From assembly GCF_009914755.1 (NCBI RefSeq), contig NC_060938.1: a stretch of 64,000 nt of DNA; one strand, 5' to 3'. The notes beneath the pieces are model-generated. The model did no database searches and had not been told where the DNA came from. It was given only the letters and a program-made list of their open reading frames with translations. Position numbers and translations under genes: made by a program. The DNA is from the human T2T-CHM13v2.0 reference genome, Homo sapiens. Positions 1 to 12,310 of the stretch are shown here, piece by piece (position 1 is the first letter of the stretch; each line of letters opens with the position of its first letter).

Positions 1-649
1 GGACCTGGTGAGCTCTCAATAATATTATGTAAAAATTGCGATGGTGGTCGTGATAATGATGGTGATGATGATGATGATGAAGATAAGAATTCTCATAAAG
101 CATTCCTATGGAGTCTTACCAATTGCCCTGCCCTGCCTGGCCTTTGGAGTTTTATCATGGGGACTGCATAGGTAAAGTGGCCAATGGCTGGGGGAAGAAA
201 TTTCTCCCTTCTCTAAACTCATCCCTCTGCATTCTGTATCTAGATCTTGGTCTCCCAGCATGGGATTAGTTTACGATCTACTGAGGCAGATGAACAGGCT
301 GTATATAAAGGAAGTAGCAAATAAATATTAAACAGTTCTGACATGGTTGATGGAGGAAATGCTGTGGCTTCTTGGATTAGGTATTCACTATTGGCATCCT
401 ATATTCACTGAAAACCCCCAGTGGTTTTGACAGAGTAAACAAACACACTAATGTTCATGATACTGGCCAACTTCTAAATCAGGTGATTGTAGTTCGCTTA
501 TCTTAGTTGGATTTCCGGTGGGTTCTTCTCTGCTTGTCCTAAAGCACGGGTCATCAACCTCTGGCAAACAGGCTCAGTTCAATTGCTCAGACATTTCCTG
601 AAGTCTACACCCTATTCACCAAAAAACTGTCGAAATGTCATGACATACA

Positions 650-728
650 TTACATTTGCATGGTGCTCTACAGTTTACAACATGGCTTTCATTTGAGTTA
701 TGTCATTAGATCTTTGCAACATCCTGGA
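650..728 (-). mobile_element. MIR SINE fragment
   Basis: acatttgcatggtgctctacagtttacaa...tcattagatctttgcaacatcct resembles the reverse-complemented MIR 3' part. Confidence 0.5.
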
Positions 729-824
729 GTTATAGAATCTAGGAGTTTGAGGGAATTGCCTGACAATATAGCAATGGAGCTGTAGGGGGAAGGAGTTTCT
801 CATGGGTGTATTGCTGTTTTATGC

Positions 825-1190
825 TTCAGGTCCTTTGCTTAGGCTGTTTCTTCTCCCACACCTGTAAAGCTTCTCTCTAAAGGTTCAACTCAGGCATCAT
901 TTTATTTAGGAAAAGTTCTGACAGCCTCTTGGTCCTGTCCTTTTAGCTCCTCACTCCTTCTTTGTGCTTTCGTCATGCCCCGCAGCACCTAGGGCTCAGG
1001 TCTCTTAGCACATTTACCATATTAAATCACCGTTACATATTTACATATTTGCCCATCTAGTTCCCGCCCCCAGGCCTTACTGTGAGCACCTGTTACTCAG
1101 AGAAGCTGTTTATTTTCCATTGACCTTTTCATTTCTAGCATATAGCACAGCACCTGGCATGCAATAGGTGCTCAGTAAATGTGTAACATA
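825..1190 (+). mobile_element. L2 LINE 3' end
   Basis: Ends in tagcacagcacctggcatgcaataggtgctcagtaaatgt, the typical L2 terminus. Confidence 0.7.
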
Positions 1191-1904
1191 TTGAACAAAT
1201 CTGATTCCAAATCCTCGGCTCTCCCCAGCACCCTCCCTGAACCAATATAGGTGCCCTCCTGCCAGACCCAAGCAGCTTCCGAACATCCACCACGTACCAG
1301 AGACTACAAGGTAAAACCAGATGAAACAATTCTTGACTGACAGCAAAAGATGATATGACTAACTTGAAGAGTAATAAATGAAATGGCTGAAGAATGCTTT
1401 CATGCTATGACATATCAAATACCAATTAAGTTCACTGTATATTCAGTACAAGCATGCTAAGAGGATGCAGGTAGCTCAGGCAGCGGGGGAGCCTTGTTGA
1501 GATGGGAGATTTTGAGATGGGTTGCTCATAAATTGATGCAGAGGCCCTGGAGGTAAACAGCTAGAGGAGAGGTAACTCATGGTGGGGGTGGGAGAGATAG
1601 GAGTCAGTTCCTCTAGTTGGATGGCAAGGTAAGGAGGATTTTCAATTTCAGGGTGAATAATTGAATCTGATAATAGAATTGGAGCTGCTTGTGTAAGTGT
1701 GCATCAAGATAACCCTTGAGCCTGACTTACCCTCATTGTTCCATTCCTTTGAGATCAACCAAGAGTTCCAACTCCAAGAGAAAAAGGCAAAGAGAGCTGT
1801 CTGCTTTATTGCAATGCCTCATCACTCTGCAATATATCTGTTCTCTCTTTCTACTCACACCAACATAAACAGACATCAAGGATTTTTTTTTTTTTTTTTT
1901 TTTG

Positions 1905-2275
1905 GCATGTTACCATGCCTTTGCAAAAAATGAAATTTCCTTGACCTGGAATACATCCTCCTTCCTCCACCCTTTCATCTCACTAGTTAACTCCTACATA
2001 TTAGTCAGGGCTCAAGTCAAGTCTCTGACCAGCCTCACCCTAACAGAGTTGGGGGCCTCTCTTTAGTGTTCCCCAAATACTTCCTCCTTCTTAGAACAAT
2101 CAGTTAAGGATTGAACAGTTGTCCATGCACTCTACCACAGTGGAATCAACAGGAGGGTAGGAGCTATATTGTGGTCTTATTTGTTATTTTCAGGGTCTAG
2201 CCAATAGTAGACTCTTGATAAACATTTTTAATAAATAAAGGAATGAATGAGTAAATTAATGACTAAGTGAATAAA
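1905..2275 (+). mobile_element. L2 LINE 3' end with TGAA-like tail; T21 run at 1883-1903 adjacent
   Basis: gcctttgca...cctggaata...cagggtctagccaatagtagactcttgataaacattt followed by gaatgaatgagtaaattaat. Confidence 0.6.
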
Positions 2276-2784
2276 TCCCTTATATCCTCTTGGTCCCAAC
2301 CTGGTAGACTTTCTGACTCCCTACCTATACCACTCTTGTACCTATTTGTTACACACAACCCTCTATACAAGTGACATTGACCACAGACAAAAGAATGTAG
2401 AGAACAGAGTTTAAGCAGCTCACAGTTACAGTTTCTAGTTACTCAGCTCTCTTAGCTCAGATTTACCAGTTTCAACTGTTTCGCTGGCATCCTTTGATTT
2501 TACCCTCCTTTTGTGCGAGTTTCCCTTTTGATCCTTCTCATCAAACTTCTCAGTATCCTAGTCTGCCATCTCAGAACTCCCAAGCCCTCTCTGAGCTTTG
2601 TCTGATTGTTTCCTACTCTTCTCGTGCCCAGCTTCCCCTCTGCTTCCCTCTTACTTTTCCTGGGACTCTGCTTATGCTCTCATTACACTCAAACATTAGT
2701 TGCCTGCCTTCCAGAGATCTAGGAAGTAATTCCAAGTCTCGCCAGCTTCCCCTGATGTCATTCATGGGTAGAACAGGAGAAGAA

Positions 2785-2990
2785 GCTAGCATGGGATTTG
2801 AAGTCAGAGCCATCTGGGTGCCAAATCAGGGTTTGCTGCGTATTATTTGTGTAACGTGGGACAGATTAATTCTCCAAACCTCGGTCTGCGCATATGTAAA
2901 GTGGAAATAACAGTACAGATACATGGCTTGTAAAGTTATTGGCAGATTAAGTGAGATGTAAGGTACTTGAAATATACGTACCTGGCAAGT
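2785..2990 (+). mobile_element. MIR SINE
   Basis: gggatttgaagtcagag...ctgggt...acctcggtctgcgcatatgtaaagtggaaataacagta...gattaagtgagat matches MIR head, core and tail. Confidence 0.7.
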
Positions 2991-3474
2991 TGATTAGGAT
3001 GGCTTCTTATCACATCTTCCTCACAAATACAACACACATTCACGTTCCTAGTCATTCCTTTAAGCAGACCGTACATTTTAAAATAACAAACACCCACATT
3101 TGTGTTTGAACCCAGATAATACTAATTTTTCTCCACTGAGAGACCCAAGGTGCCTTCCCTGAGCTGCACAGATACCTCCTTGGGAGGTACGTTAGGGGCC
3201 CAGCAGATCCCATCTCAGAATCTCACCCTACCTTGGTGTGTCCAGACTGTCGGGGAGAATATGGAGTGAGAGGTGAGGCCCAGCCAGATCTGAAGCCTCA
3301 CCCCCACCCATCATCTATCCTCCTGGCATCTTTCCCCTGCTTCTGGTTTAATTAGTTGTTGGATTGATCTGCTGAACCCAGAGGGGTTCTAGAGCAGTTG
3401 CTTTATTCCATCTTCAGCTAGCAGAAGTTTTGAAGGATATTGGGTCGGGGTGAAGCTCTGAGCTACCACAGTAC

Positions 3475-3645
3475 AAAAAGTCGCTTCCCCTTGCCCTCAA
3501 GAAGGAGTGAGTGTTTCTCCGGGTTATATAGTTTCTGTGCCTCAGAGGAGGCTACGTTTCAGTGGTGTGTGGGGTGACCCTTATGTATTGTTTATATCAA
3601 GAAAGCGCTTTGAGACGAAATAGGGTCTATTAATCTCAGATGTTG
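3475..3645 (+). mobile_element. Candidate AmnSINE1 (Deu-SINE) relic, 3' part
   Basis: cctcagaggaggctacgtttcagtggtgtgtggggtgaccct...aaagcgctttgagacgaaa...tattaatct closely resembles the AmnSINE1 segment I recall (cccagaggtggctgcatttcagtggtgggtgaagtgatccc...aaagcgctttgggat...gaaaggcgctatataaat). Confidence 0.55.
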
Positions 3646-6600
3646 TGTGTGCCTCTTTGCTGTCTGAGTTTGGTTGTTATGTTTCATCTGCTGAGGGAGG
3701 TTTGTTTTCTTTTTTTTAAATCTGAGATGAAATAAGAACACCACATTTACTGTGATTTATCTGGGGGAAGAAAAAAAGTGAAACTGGAAATGTTTGTCCT
3801 TAGGAGATTTGTATAAAGTTCTGTCAGATGATGTTGAGAATGAAATGGGCAGGAGAGATGGAGAAGCAATAAAAGTGCCGTTTTGAGTTTGTGAATGGAA
3901 TCAAATTTCAATTATGACAACAGTTAAACACAGTGATTTTTCTGTATTTTCAGGAATAAAAGCAACACAATTATTTCTTTTGCAGTGCCCAGTAATCTCT
4001 AATAATTTATCCGTTTTCATTTAATGCCTCTAAAATGGGCAAGGAGAATTATACACAGCCTGCAACCTGTAATAAAATGGTCAGTTTCAACACAGCTGTT
4101 GAGTGGGAGGCAAGGCGAGGACCGCTGTGCAGAGAGGTGCTGGTACTGTACGCATTAATCAATAAGCAAACGCTGAATGCTGCTAGATAGTCATTTACCC
4201 TTGACAAAACAAGCAATGATAATCGGATGATAATGTGGTAATTTACCTTTATACATTTTACCCTTGTTGGATTTTTAGAGGTCACTGTTGTATCTGATAA
4301 ATTTTAGGGTAGAATTCCAGCTTTTCCCTGTGCAAGACCAATATCTGAAGCTTGTGCCTTTTGCTGCTTTTTCCTTCCAATAACAGGATCTTATGAATTA
4401 GTGCTTTCATTATATTTGTGTCTATTAAGTCAGACTACAGTTTTCAAGGTGCTTTTCTATTCTAGGGAGATCTGCAGGGCACTTAACCTACATTAGACCT
4501 AAGAGGTCTGAGGGTTCTTCAGAAGACAAAGAATTTCTAGATACTTTCCTTGAGGAGGTGTCAAGGGCAATACAGACAAAAGACTGATGTCTCCTTTAAC
4601 AGCTTGATAAGTATCTCAGGATATTCTGCAGGAATCAGTTCTGTTTCTACAAAGTCCTGTATTCCCATTCAGCATGATATGGCTGAATATGTGTGTGCTA
4701 CGTGTGACAATGGTGAAGACTTATCTTTGCCCTGAGGGCTGAGTGCTATAACACTGCTCAAGCAATAGGCTTGATAGAAGTGATGATTTGGAGAGATGAT
4801 CTGCTTTAAAAAAAAAAAAAAAAAAAAGGCACATTAGAGATGTGTAAGAATTAAAAATGTGACTCTCTGTTTATCTGGATTTTATTTTATAAGTTCCAAA
4901 GGCATTTCTATTCGTAGCATCGAAATCCCTTGTAAAAGTAAAGTGAATCATTCTTGTATTGACCATTTTTTTCATGTTGTTCTATTGAGACATCTTCCCA
5001 ACTGAGTTTCTTATTGAATTGTATTTCTATAAGGGTATTGTAGGTTAGCAGCACATTTTTATGGTACACAAAAGATGTGCCTTCTGAATTTCCAATGCCT
5101 TGCATATTGTTCCCCACAGAAGAAACATCTCGGAAATGCTAAATAAATCAAAACAGAAACATTTGGCTCTTGACTTGCCGCCGGAGCTTTTCTTTTCCTC
5201 TCAGTTTACATTGGCTGGAATATCCATTATGATCCATCTTACCTATTTGATTAATTTGTAATAAATCTAGCCCTTTGGAAGCCTCTTGCTGCATTTCTGG
5301 ACGGGTTACTCTTGTAGAAGGTTTATTTAATATGTGTCTCTGTGTACCTATATGAATGAAAATTTAATATGGTTTAGAAGCCTTTAAAAACACACACGCA
5401 CATAGTGTTTGCTCTGAATTAAGTGCTCATATTTGACATAGCTTTGCGGTAAAAATCCATAAACGTATAGGCAGACAAAATTGTTTAGAGGACAGTTTCT
5501 TCAGAAATTCACGTGACACGTGATATCATTTCAGGGGATGAAATATCATATTTCATATGACCAGTAAATGTAATTATAAATACTAGATTGGAATCCTTAT
5601 TTTTGTGTTTTTTTAAAAACTTCTTCTCCTTATGGCCTATATTATTTGAAGTGCCACCGCCACATTGCAGAGTTCACCTTCAATTTGATGCAGTGATGTA
5701 GTTGTATCCCTGTGGGTGAGAAATGTTCCTCTCCAAATAACTGTAGCAGCATAGCAGGAATATTTTGAGTCAACCTTCTCTATATTATAGCAAGATAATA
5801 AAAACGCCTCTACTCTTAACCATCACCATGTACTGAGGAAGGCATAACAAATTCATTTTCTGATGTTGGAAATAAGATCAAGGTGGGAAACAATACCCCC
5901 ATTTTTCGGACAAAGACATTGGGGACCGGAAAACCACATTTAAGACTGTGTTAATTGTCTTTTATAGCAAAAATAATGAGAAAAATAATATTAGCCATTT
6001 TTATGGTATATATCCCACCCTACTCCTTTGGTTATATGTATTACCACCATGTACACTAAGAAAGCCAAGGAAAATAGTTATCTTACACATATGTTTTGTG
6101 CTTGCTGAGGTAAACGATGAGTGAATGGTGCTTGCGGTGTGGAGAAAATAAAGAGAGGTTAATTGGTACATACTTGCCTCATATTCCTTATCTGAATGTT
6201 TTACATTCATATATAATATGGAACTGTGTAATATGTGTGTTTACTAATTACGTCTGATGTCTGTCTTAACTTTGTCACTCTCAGAATATCCTTATAGGCA
6301 TGCACCATGTGTCAACTGAATTACACCCATAGTCTGAGCCACACACTCTTCTCAGCACTCTAAGATAGTTAGACAAATACTGTCTACTCAGGGGAATTAT
6401 AATCCAGTAGAAGAAATTAAACAAATACAACAAAAAGTAAGTTAAGGCAAACTAAAGTACATTGGGATAGGTACTGTACTTCAGTGATTCAGAGGAGGAA
6501 GCACGTTCCTATTCAGCTTCAGAAATGCTTCAGGAATGAGCTGGACTGGTTTGATAGAAAGAGAAAACAGCATGACTCAAGGCACAGGGACCAAACATCT

Positions 6601-6658
6601 TAGGAATAGTTATCTGACATCATTATTACTGTAGAGAAAGGAGAAACCTTGGATACTA

Positions 6659-7197
<539 letters not shown>

Positions 7198-7389
7198 CTA
7201 CGCCTTGAGACAAGAGAAAGGTTATGGAGGCCCTTGAGTGTCAGGTAACGGATGCTATTGTGTCCCCATAAAGCAGATCCTAGTGCTAGGCATATAATAG
7301 CCAAAAATAACTATAACTATCTTTAATCAAATACCTACTCTGATTCAGATGGACTTTGGGGAAATTTTTTTAGGTTATCTTTTCATATT

Positions 7390-7700
7390 TTGCTCCTTCT
7401 TATCCATTAGGTCTCAGCTTAAATGTCACCTCCTCAGAAAGACTGTCTTGACAACACTGCTGAAAGTACTGCCCTCTCTAAAAGTCCTCCTTACCCTCTA
7501 CAACTGCATCCTGTTCCTTTCCTTCATAATACTTAAGTCTTAACTGCATATGTATTTGTCTGTAAATTTGTTATTCTTTTTCTTCCTGCTATACTATCGG
7601 ATTTTTAAGAACAGGAACTAGAGCTGTTTTATTCACCACCCTATCCCAGCACCTTCAAAAAGTCCCTCTCTATAGCAGACACTCAAAAATTGGTCAAATG
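7390..7700 (+). mobile_element. L2 LINE 3' end
   Basis: aggtctcagcttaaatgtcacctcctcagaaagac...ttttattcaccaccctatcccagcacct...tagcagacactcaaaaat. Confidence 0.75.
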
Positions 7701-7704
7701 GTGA

Positions 7705-7850
7705 TATTCACAACAACCTAATAAAGTAGATACCATTATCTTAATTTTTACAAAAGAGGAAATTGGCATTCACAGAATGACTTGCTCCAGTTAATCAATA
7801 ATCTGCCAAACCCAGATTCAAACCCAGTCTACATGATCTTAAAGCTTATG
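7705..7850 (-). mobile_element. MIR SINE
   Basis: cacaacaaccta...attatc...ttttacaaaagaggaaattgg...gattcaaacccag. Confidence 0.65.
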
Positions 7851-7899
7851 GTTGTATCTTTGCTAGATGATAACCTTCCTCTAATAGAAAGATGAAATC

Positions 7900-8346
7900 T
7901 GTATTAGTCTGCCAGGGCTGCCATGACAAAGTATCACAAACTGGTTGGCTTACACAACAGAAATGTGTTGTCTCAGAATTCTGTAGGCTAGAAGTGTGAG
8001 ATTAAGGTGCTGGCAGGGTTGGTTCCTTCTGAGGGATGTGAGGGAGGCTCTGTTCCAGACCTCTGTCCCAGCTTCCGGTGGTTTGCTGATCATCTTTGGT
8101 GGACCATCGCTTGTAGATACATCATTCCGATCTCTGCCTCCATCTTCATGTGTCATTCACCGTGTGTGTCCAAATGTCTTCTTTTTATATAGAAACAGTC
8201 ACATAGGATTATGGCCCAAACTAATAACCCCATCTTAACTTCATCATCTGCACCACTTCTATTTCCAAATAAGGTCATATCTGAGTTAATGGGGGTTAGT
8301 ACTTTAACATATGAATTTGGGAGAGAACACAATTCAACCCATAATA
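7900..8346 (-). mobile_element. MaLR solo LTR (MLT1C-like)
   Basis: Begins tgtattagtctgccagggctgccatgacaaagtatcacaaactgg and ends acacaattcaacccataata, the reverse complement of MLT1 termini. Confidence 0.85.
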
Positions 8347-11300
8347 GTACATTTTTAGCAAATGACTGACTAATCTCAAGGCATAGTAATTGGTTTTGTG
8401 TTAAATGTACTATTCATAATGTAGAAAAATGTTCTAAAAAAGGGGATAAGTATCCTAGTTTTATCCTAACATTAAACTTAAAGAGCCATTCAGTCATCTT
8501 TTCTAGAAGATCATGAGAATCTCAAAGATTATGTGATCAGGGACTCAGAACTTGGATGTTTTATAATTTTGCATCTTAGCATGGAAACAAAATCAGAAGT
8601 TAGGCAAGTAAGCATGATATTTGAAATCACTTTGCCATATAATTACTGCTAGATTAGATTGGGATGGACCTGACTTCATTCTTCTGTCTTCAGAACTTTA
8701 GATAAAGAGTATTTTTTAGCAAGCATTGGAAATTCTCAGTAATAATGCCCTTGCAATCAGAAGGTAGAAGTTTAGTATTATTTCAAGTTAGTTCTTACCA
8801 CCTATAGTGTCAGAGCACAGTGCTAGGCTCTAGAGAAAAGGTACAATTTCAGGATGATTCATTTATTTCTGTGAATTTTTTCCTATATGCTGTGTCTTTG
8901 AGTCACTGAAAGAATTTACTCTATCATATTTGTGACCCACTGAGACCTAGGGATGGGCATCTTTATCCAGAAGGGAGAAGCTTTGAGAAGTCTTCAAGTT
9001 GTAGGACACATAAAACCTATTAATGGGGAGAAGTTGTTTCTGAAATGTTGAACCAAATTATTGGCCACTAACACATAAACATGCCTAAGTTTGGAATGTG
9101 ACATGGGAGGTAGGGTCTGATCAGGAACCGGGAAACGTCTGTTTTCTTTTTTGGCTATCTGACAAAGATAACTAATAGAAGGAGAAATGTGAGATTACGA
9201 AAGAGGAAATGGGGAAATAAACCATGACAAAAATAAATGAGAAGAGACAGATAAAACAGAAAGAAAGGTAAGTTAGGGGAAAAAATAAAAGGAAAACACA
9301 GGTGAAATGAAAACAGAGATTTCAGCAACCTAGAAAAGATTTAAAAGGAGTGAAATAATCATCAGTGAATGGCAAACAATTTGACGTAATTTTCCATGTT
9401 GTTTTCCTACCGGTATTCCAGCCTTAGAACTTACCGGGAGTACCTGGAATGCATTTCCTCACTCATGACCTTTCATAACTCTCAGAAATGATTTTCTTTC
9501 ACTCTACTTCAGCTGGACTTGAAAGTGCTTGATGGTCTTGGGAAGGAATTACCAGTAAATAATAAACTCACAGTATACTGAAGTCACATATAGTTTTTTA
9601 AAACCTGGGAAATGTTTCTCCATTTTCCTATAAAATCCCCTTTACCTTTTATAGGCTCTACAGCCATTTGTTTGTTTTTAGTAAAGGAAAAACCTATTGG
9701 ACAAATTTTTGAATGTTGTTGAAACAGGGCATGACTATCACTCCAGTAAAGAATATCCCATGTAAAAGAGGTTTCAGTATGTATACTGGGCTCTTACAGG
9801 CTGATTCTGTAAAATAATGAAGGAAGCCACTGGTGAATTAAACAGCTTGTTAGTCATGGGGGATCAGTGAATAGGGTCCTCCTGGGGTTCAATATATGGA
9901 GAAGTGGCAACGAGATCAGGGGAAAAAATCAAACTAGTAGTTACTGAATATATATTAAGGTATCCTGCAAATGCAATATAGGAAATAGCTTCATTTCAGA
10001 AGCTCAGTAATTTAGTACCTCTCACCTAAGGGAGTCAGGTCAGAATTTAGCCTCGGCAGAGCCAGGCAAATTGTTCAGGATGAAGACAGCAGCCAAAGCG
10101 GCACATCATTAAGGCCAGGCAGTAGGAGGGTTGCCCAGCCCTTCAGACCTCACTGTGTTAATGAAGTTACTTCATTGACATAACCTAATATTCATTCATT
10201 TCTGTTATGAGAACAAGGTCCTTTCAAAACTTCTCTTCATTCAATGAGTGTTCAGCACCTACTATGTAAAGACTCTGTAAGGAGGAATAGATGGCATCCT
10301 TGTCCTTAGGAAGCTGGCAGAACCCCCATTCCTTGAATACCAGTATTCAGTGTAGCAAATGCCTGTCTGGCTATATGTGGAGAAGGAGGAGGTTGATTGG
10401 CCACCTCCAATGGCTACCAGTGCTAGACAGCATTCCTTCTTCCCCATTTATGATTTTCCCCTTCCTTATCCACTCTCCGTCTTCCCTAGTAGCTGGGACA
10501 AATACTGAGGGCATGAGCCCTTGTCAGGGGTGCTCCGAAGTGAGCAGGGCATGGAAATGAATCTTCCTAGCCCTATCCTGTACCCTGTAACCACTTACCT
10601 TGTGATGTCGTTTACAGCAAGAGCCCACATCCAGGGTTATTGTCATAGGAAGAAATTGTTGCCCAGAACAACTGTACAATTTGCATGTTGGTGCCTCAAT
10701 TCTGTCTAATAGATATGCCTGTAACAAAATAAGATGTTATCTCTGTTTCTCAGAGATGTAGTCATTTCACTCAGAGTTCTCATATGACTTCCTTTGGAGA
10801 AAGTGCCGTTTCTTTCTGTGTATGATTTTATGTGCACGTACACAAATGCACACCCGTTATGAGTTACTGATACTGGAAAGATTTGAGTAAGTGTGTGGAG
10901 ATAATAAATGCATGGTCACATCTCATGTGAAAATCAGGATTTATATATGAAGTATTAATAGAAAGAATGGATCCCGCAGAAATCTGCTTTCCCACTGGTT
11001 GATTAACTGGTTTCCAAGAATTAGGTAAAGAGGACAAAGGAGAACTTGTGTTTGAAATGTGAGAATCCTGTTTCCTAGTGGGCAAGTGCTGGGGGCTTCC
11101 TTTTGAACAACGCTGGGTTTTAAGGGACTTTCAGATATTGCATCCTGATCTCCCTGCCAGAGGGTGGCAAAAATTTGGAGCAATGGCTGTTTCAACAGAA
11201 GGAACACATTCCTTCCATTTCAACACAAGGAATCCAGGAATCTTCATCTTGTCCTAAGTATACAGGAAGCTAATGTCCTGGACCTAAAACCTGCCACACC

Positions 11301-11579
11301 TTTTTATCAGTAAACCATATATTAATTTCTGTGTTCTCTAAATTCTCTTCCATAGAATTATTTTCCCCTTCAAGAGAAAAAATTCATCATATAGGTGAAG
11401 CGTTTATTCTTCACACTATTCCTGCAAAGTAAGAGATTATCCTGATTATCTTTTATTGTGTGTGTGGAAGGAGGGGTGAAGAAGGAATAGAGACTCCACG
11501 AGTTTAATGTGCCCACCCCACTGATATTTCAGCCAGGTCTGCCTGACCTCAAAGCCTAAGCTTTGCTACCAAGCTGCAC

Positions 11580-11800
11580 ATTCATGCAGTATTCACTTAT
11601 TCACTTGGTGAGCCACTGCTATGTGAGAAGCCTCATGCCATGCTCTGGGGACAAAAGGAAGAAGAAGACAGCATCTCTGCCTGAAGGGCGCTCACAATCT
11701 AGTGGGAAATATGGAAATATTAATAAATAATTCTGCAGAAGGTGATAAATGCAACAATAGACTATGATCAAGTGAAGACATAACAAAGAGGAGGGAGTGG
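11580..11800 (-). mobile_element. L2 LINE 3' end
   Basis: attcacttattca...ctatgtg...tgctctggggaca...tctctgcctgaagggcgctcacaatctagtggga. Confidence 0.65.
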
Positions 11801-12104
11801 TCGTCCTAATGTGTCTGCAGATTTGGAGGATGCCAAGTGGAAAACTCTCTTTTTTCTAAGTAAGCCTTCTGAGAAATCCTTCATGCTTTTGTCAGCAAAT
11901 ATGCATCTAACCCAAGCCTCTTCCCAGCGCCTGCTTAACCAGGCTGCGAAAAAGTTGCATTTACCCAGTGGACCAGCAAGGGAGGTAGTAGGTGACAGCG
12001 TCAGTGAGTCCTATAACAAAGTAATGAACAACTTCCACAGACCAGAGCAGGGATTGATGTCACAGAAAACTTAGGAAGATTCTTAACTTCTAATATAACA
12101 ACAG

Positions 12105-12310
12105 CAACTGATAATTATTGAGTGTCACATGCCTTAAGGAATAGCGGTCACGTGTCACATCATTTAATTCTCACAGCAGCCTTGTGAAGGGTCCCAAAGA
12201 ATCTGAGGACCTGAGCAACTCAATAATGTTTCTTTTAGTTTTTCGAGGTCATATAGTTGATGTGAGGCATCCTAAATTCAAACCCAGAGCTGTCTGACTT
12301 CAAATTTCTC
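12105..12310 (-). mobile_element. MIR SINE
   Basis: tattgagtgtc...tcatttaattctcacagcagccttgtga...attcaaacccagagctgtctgacttcaaa. Confidence 0.65.
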
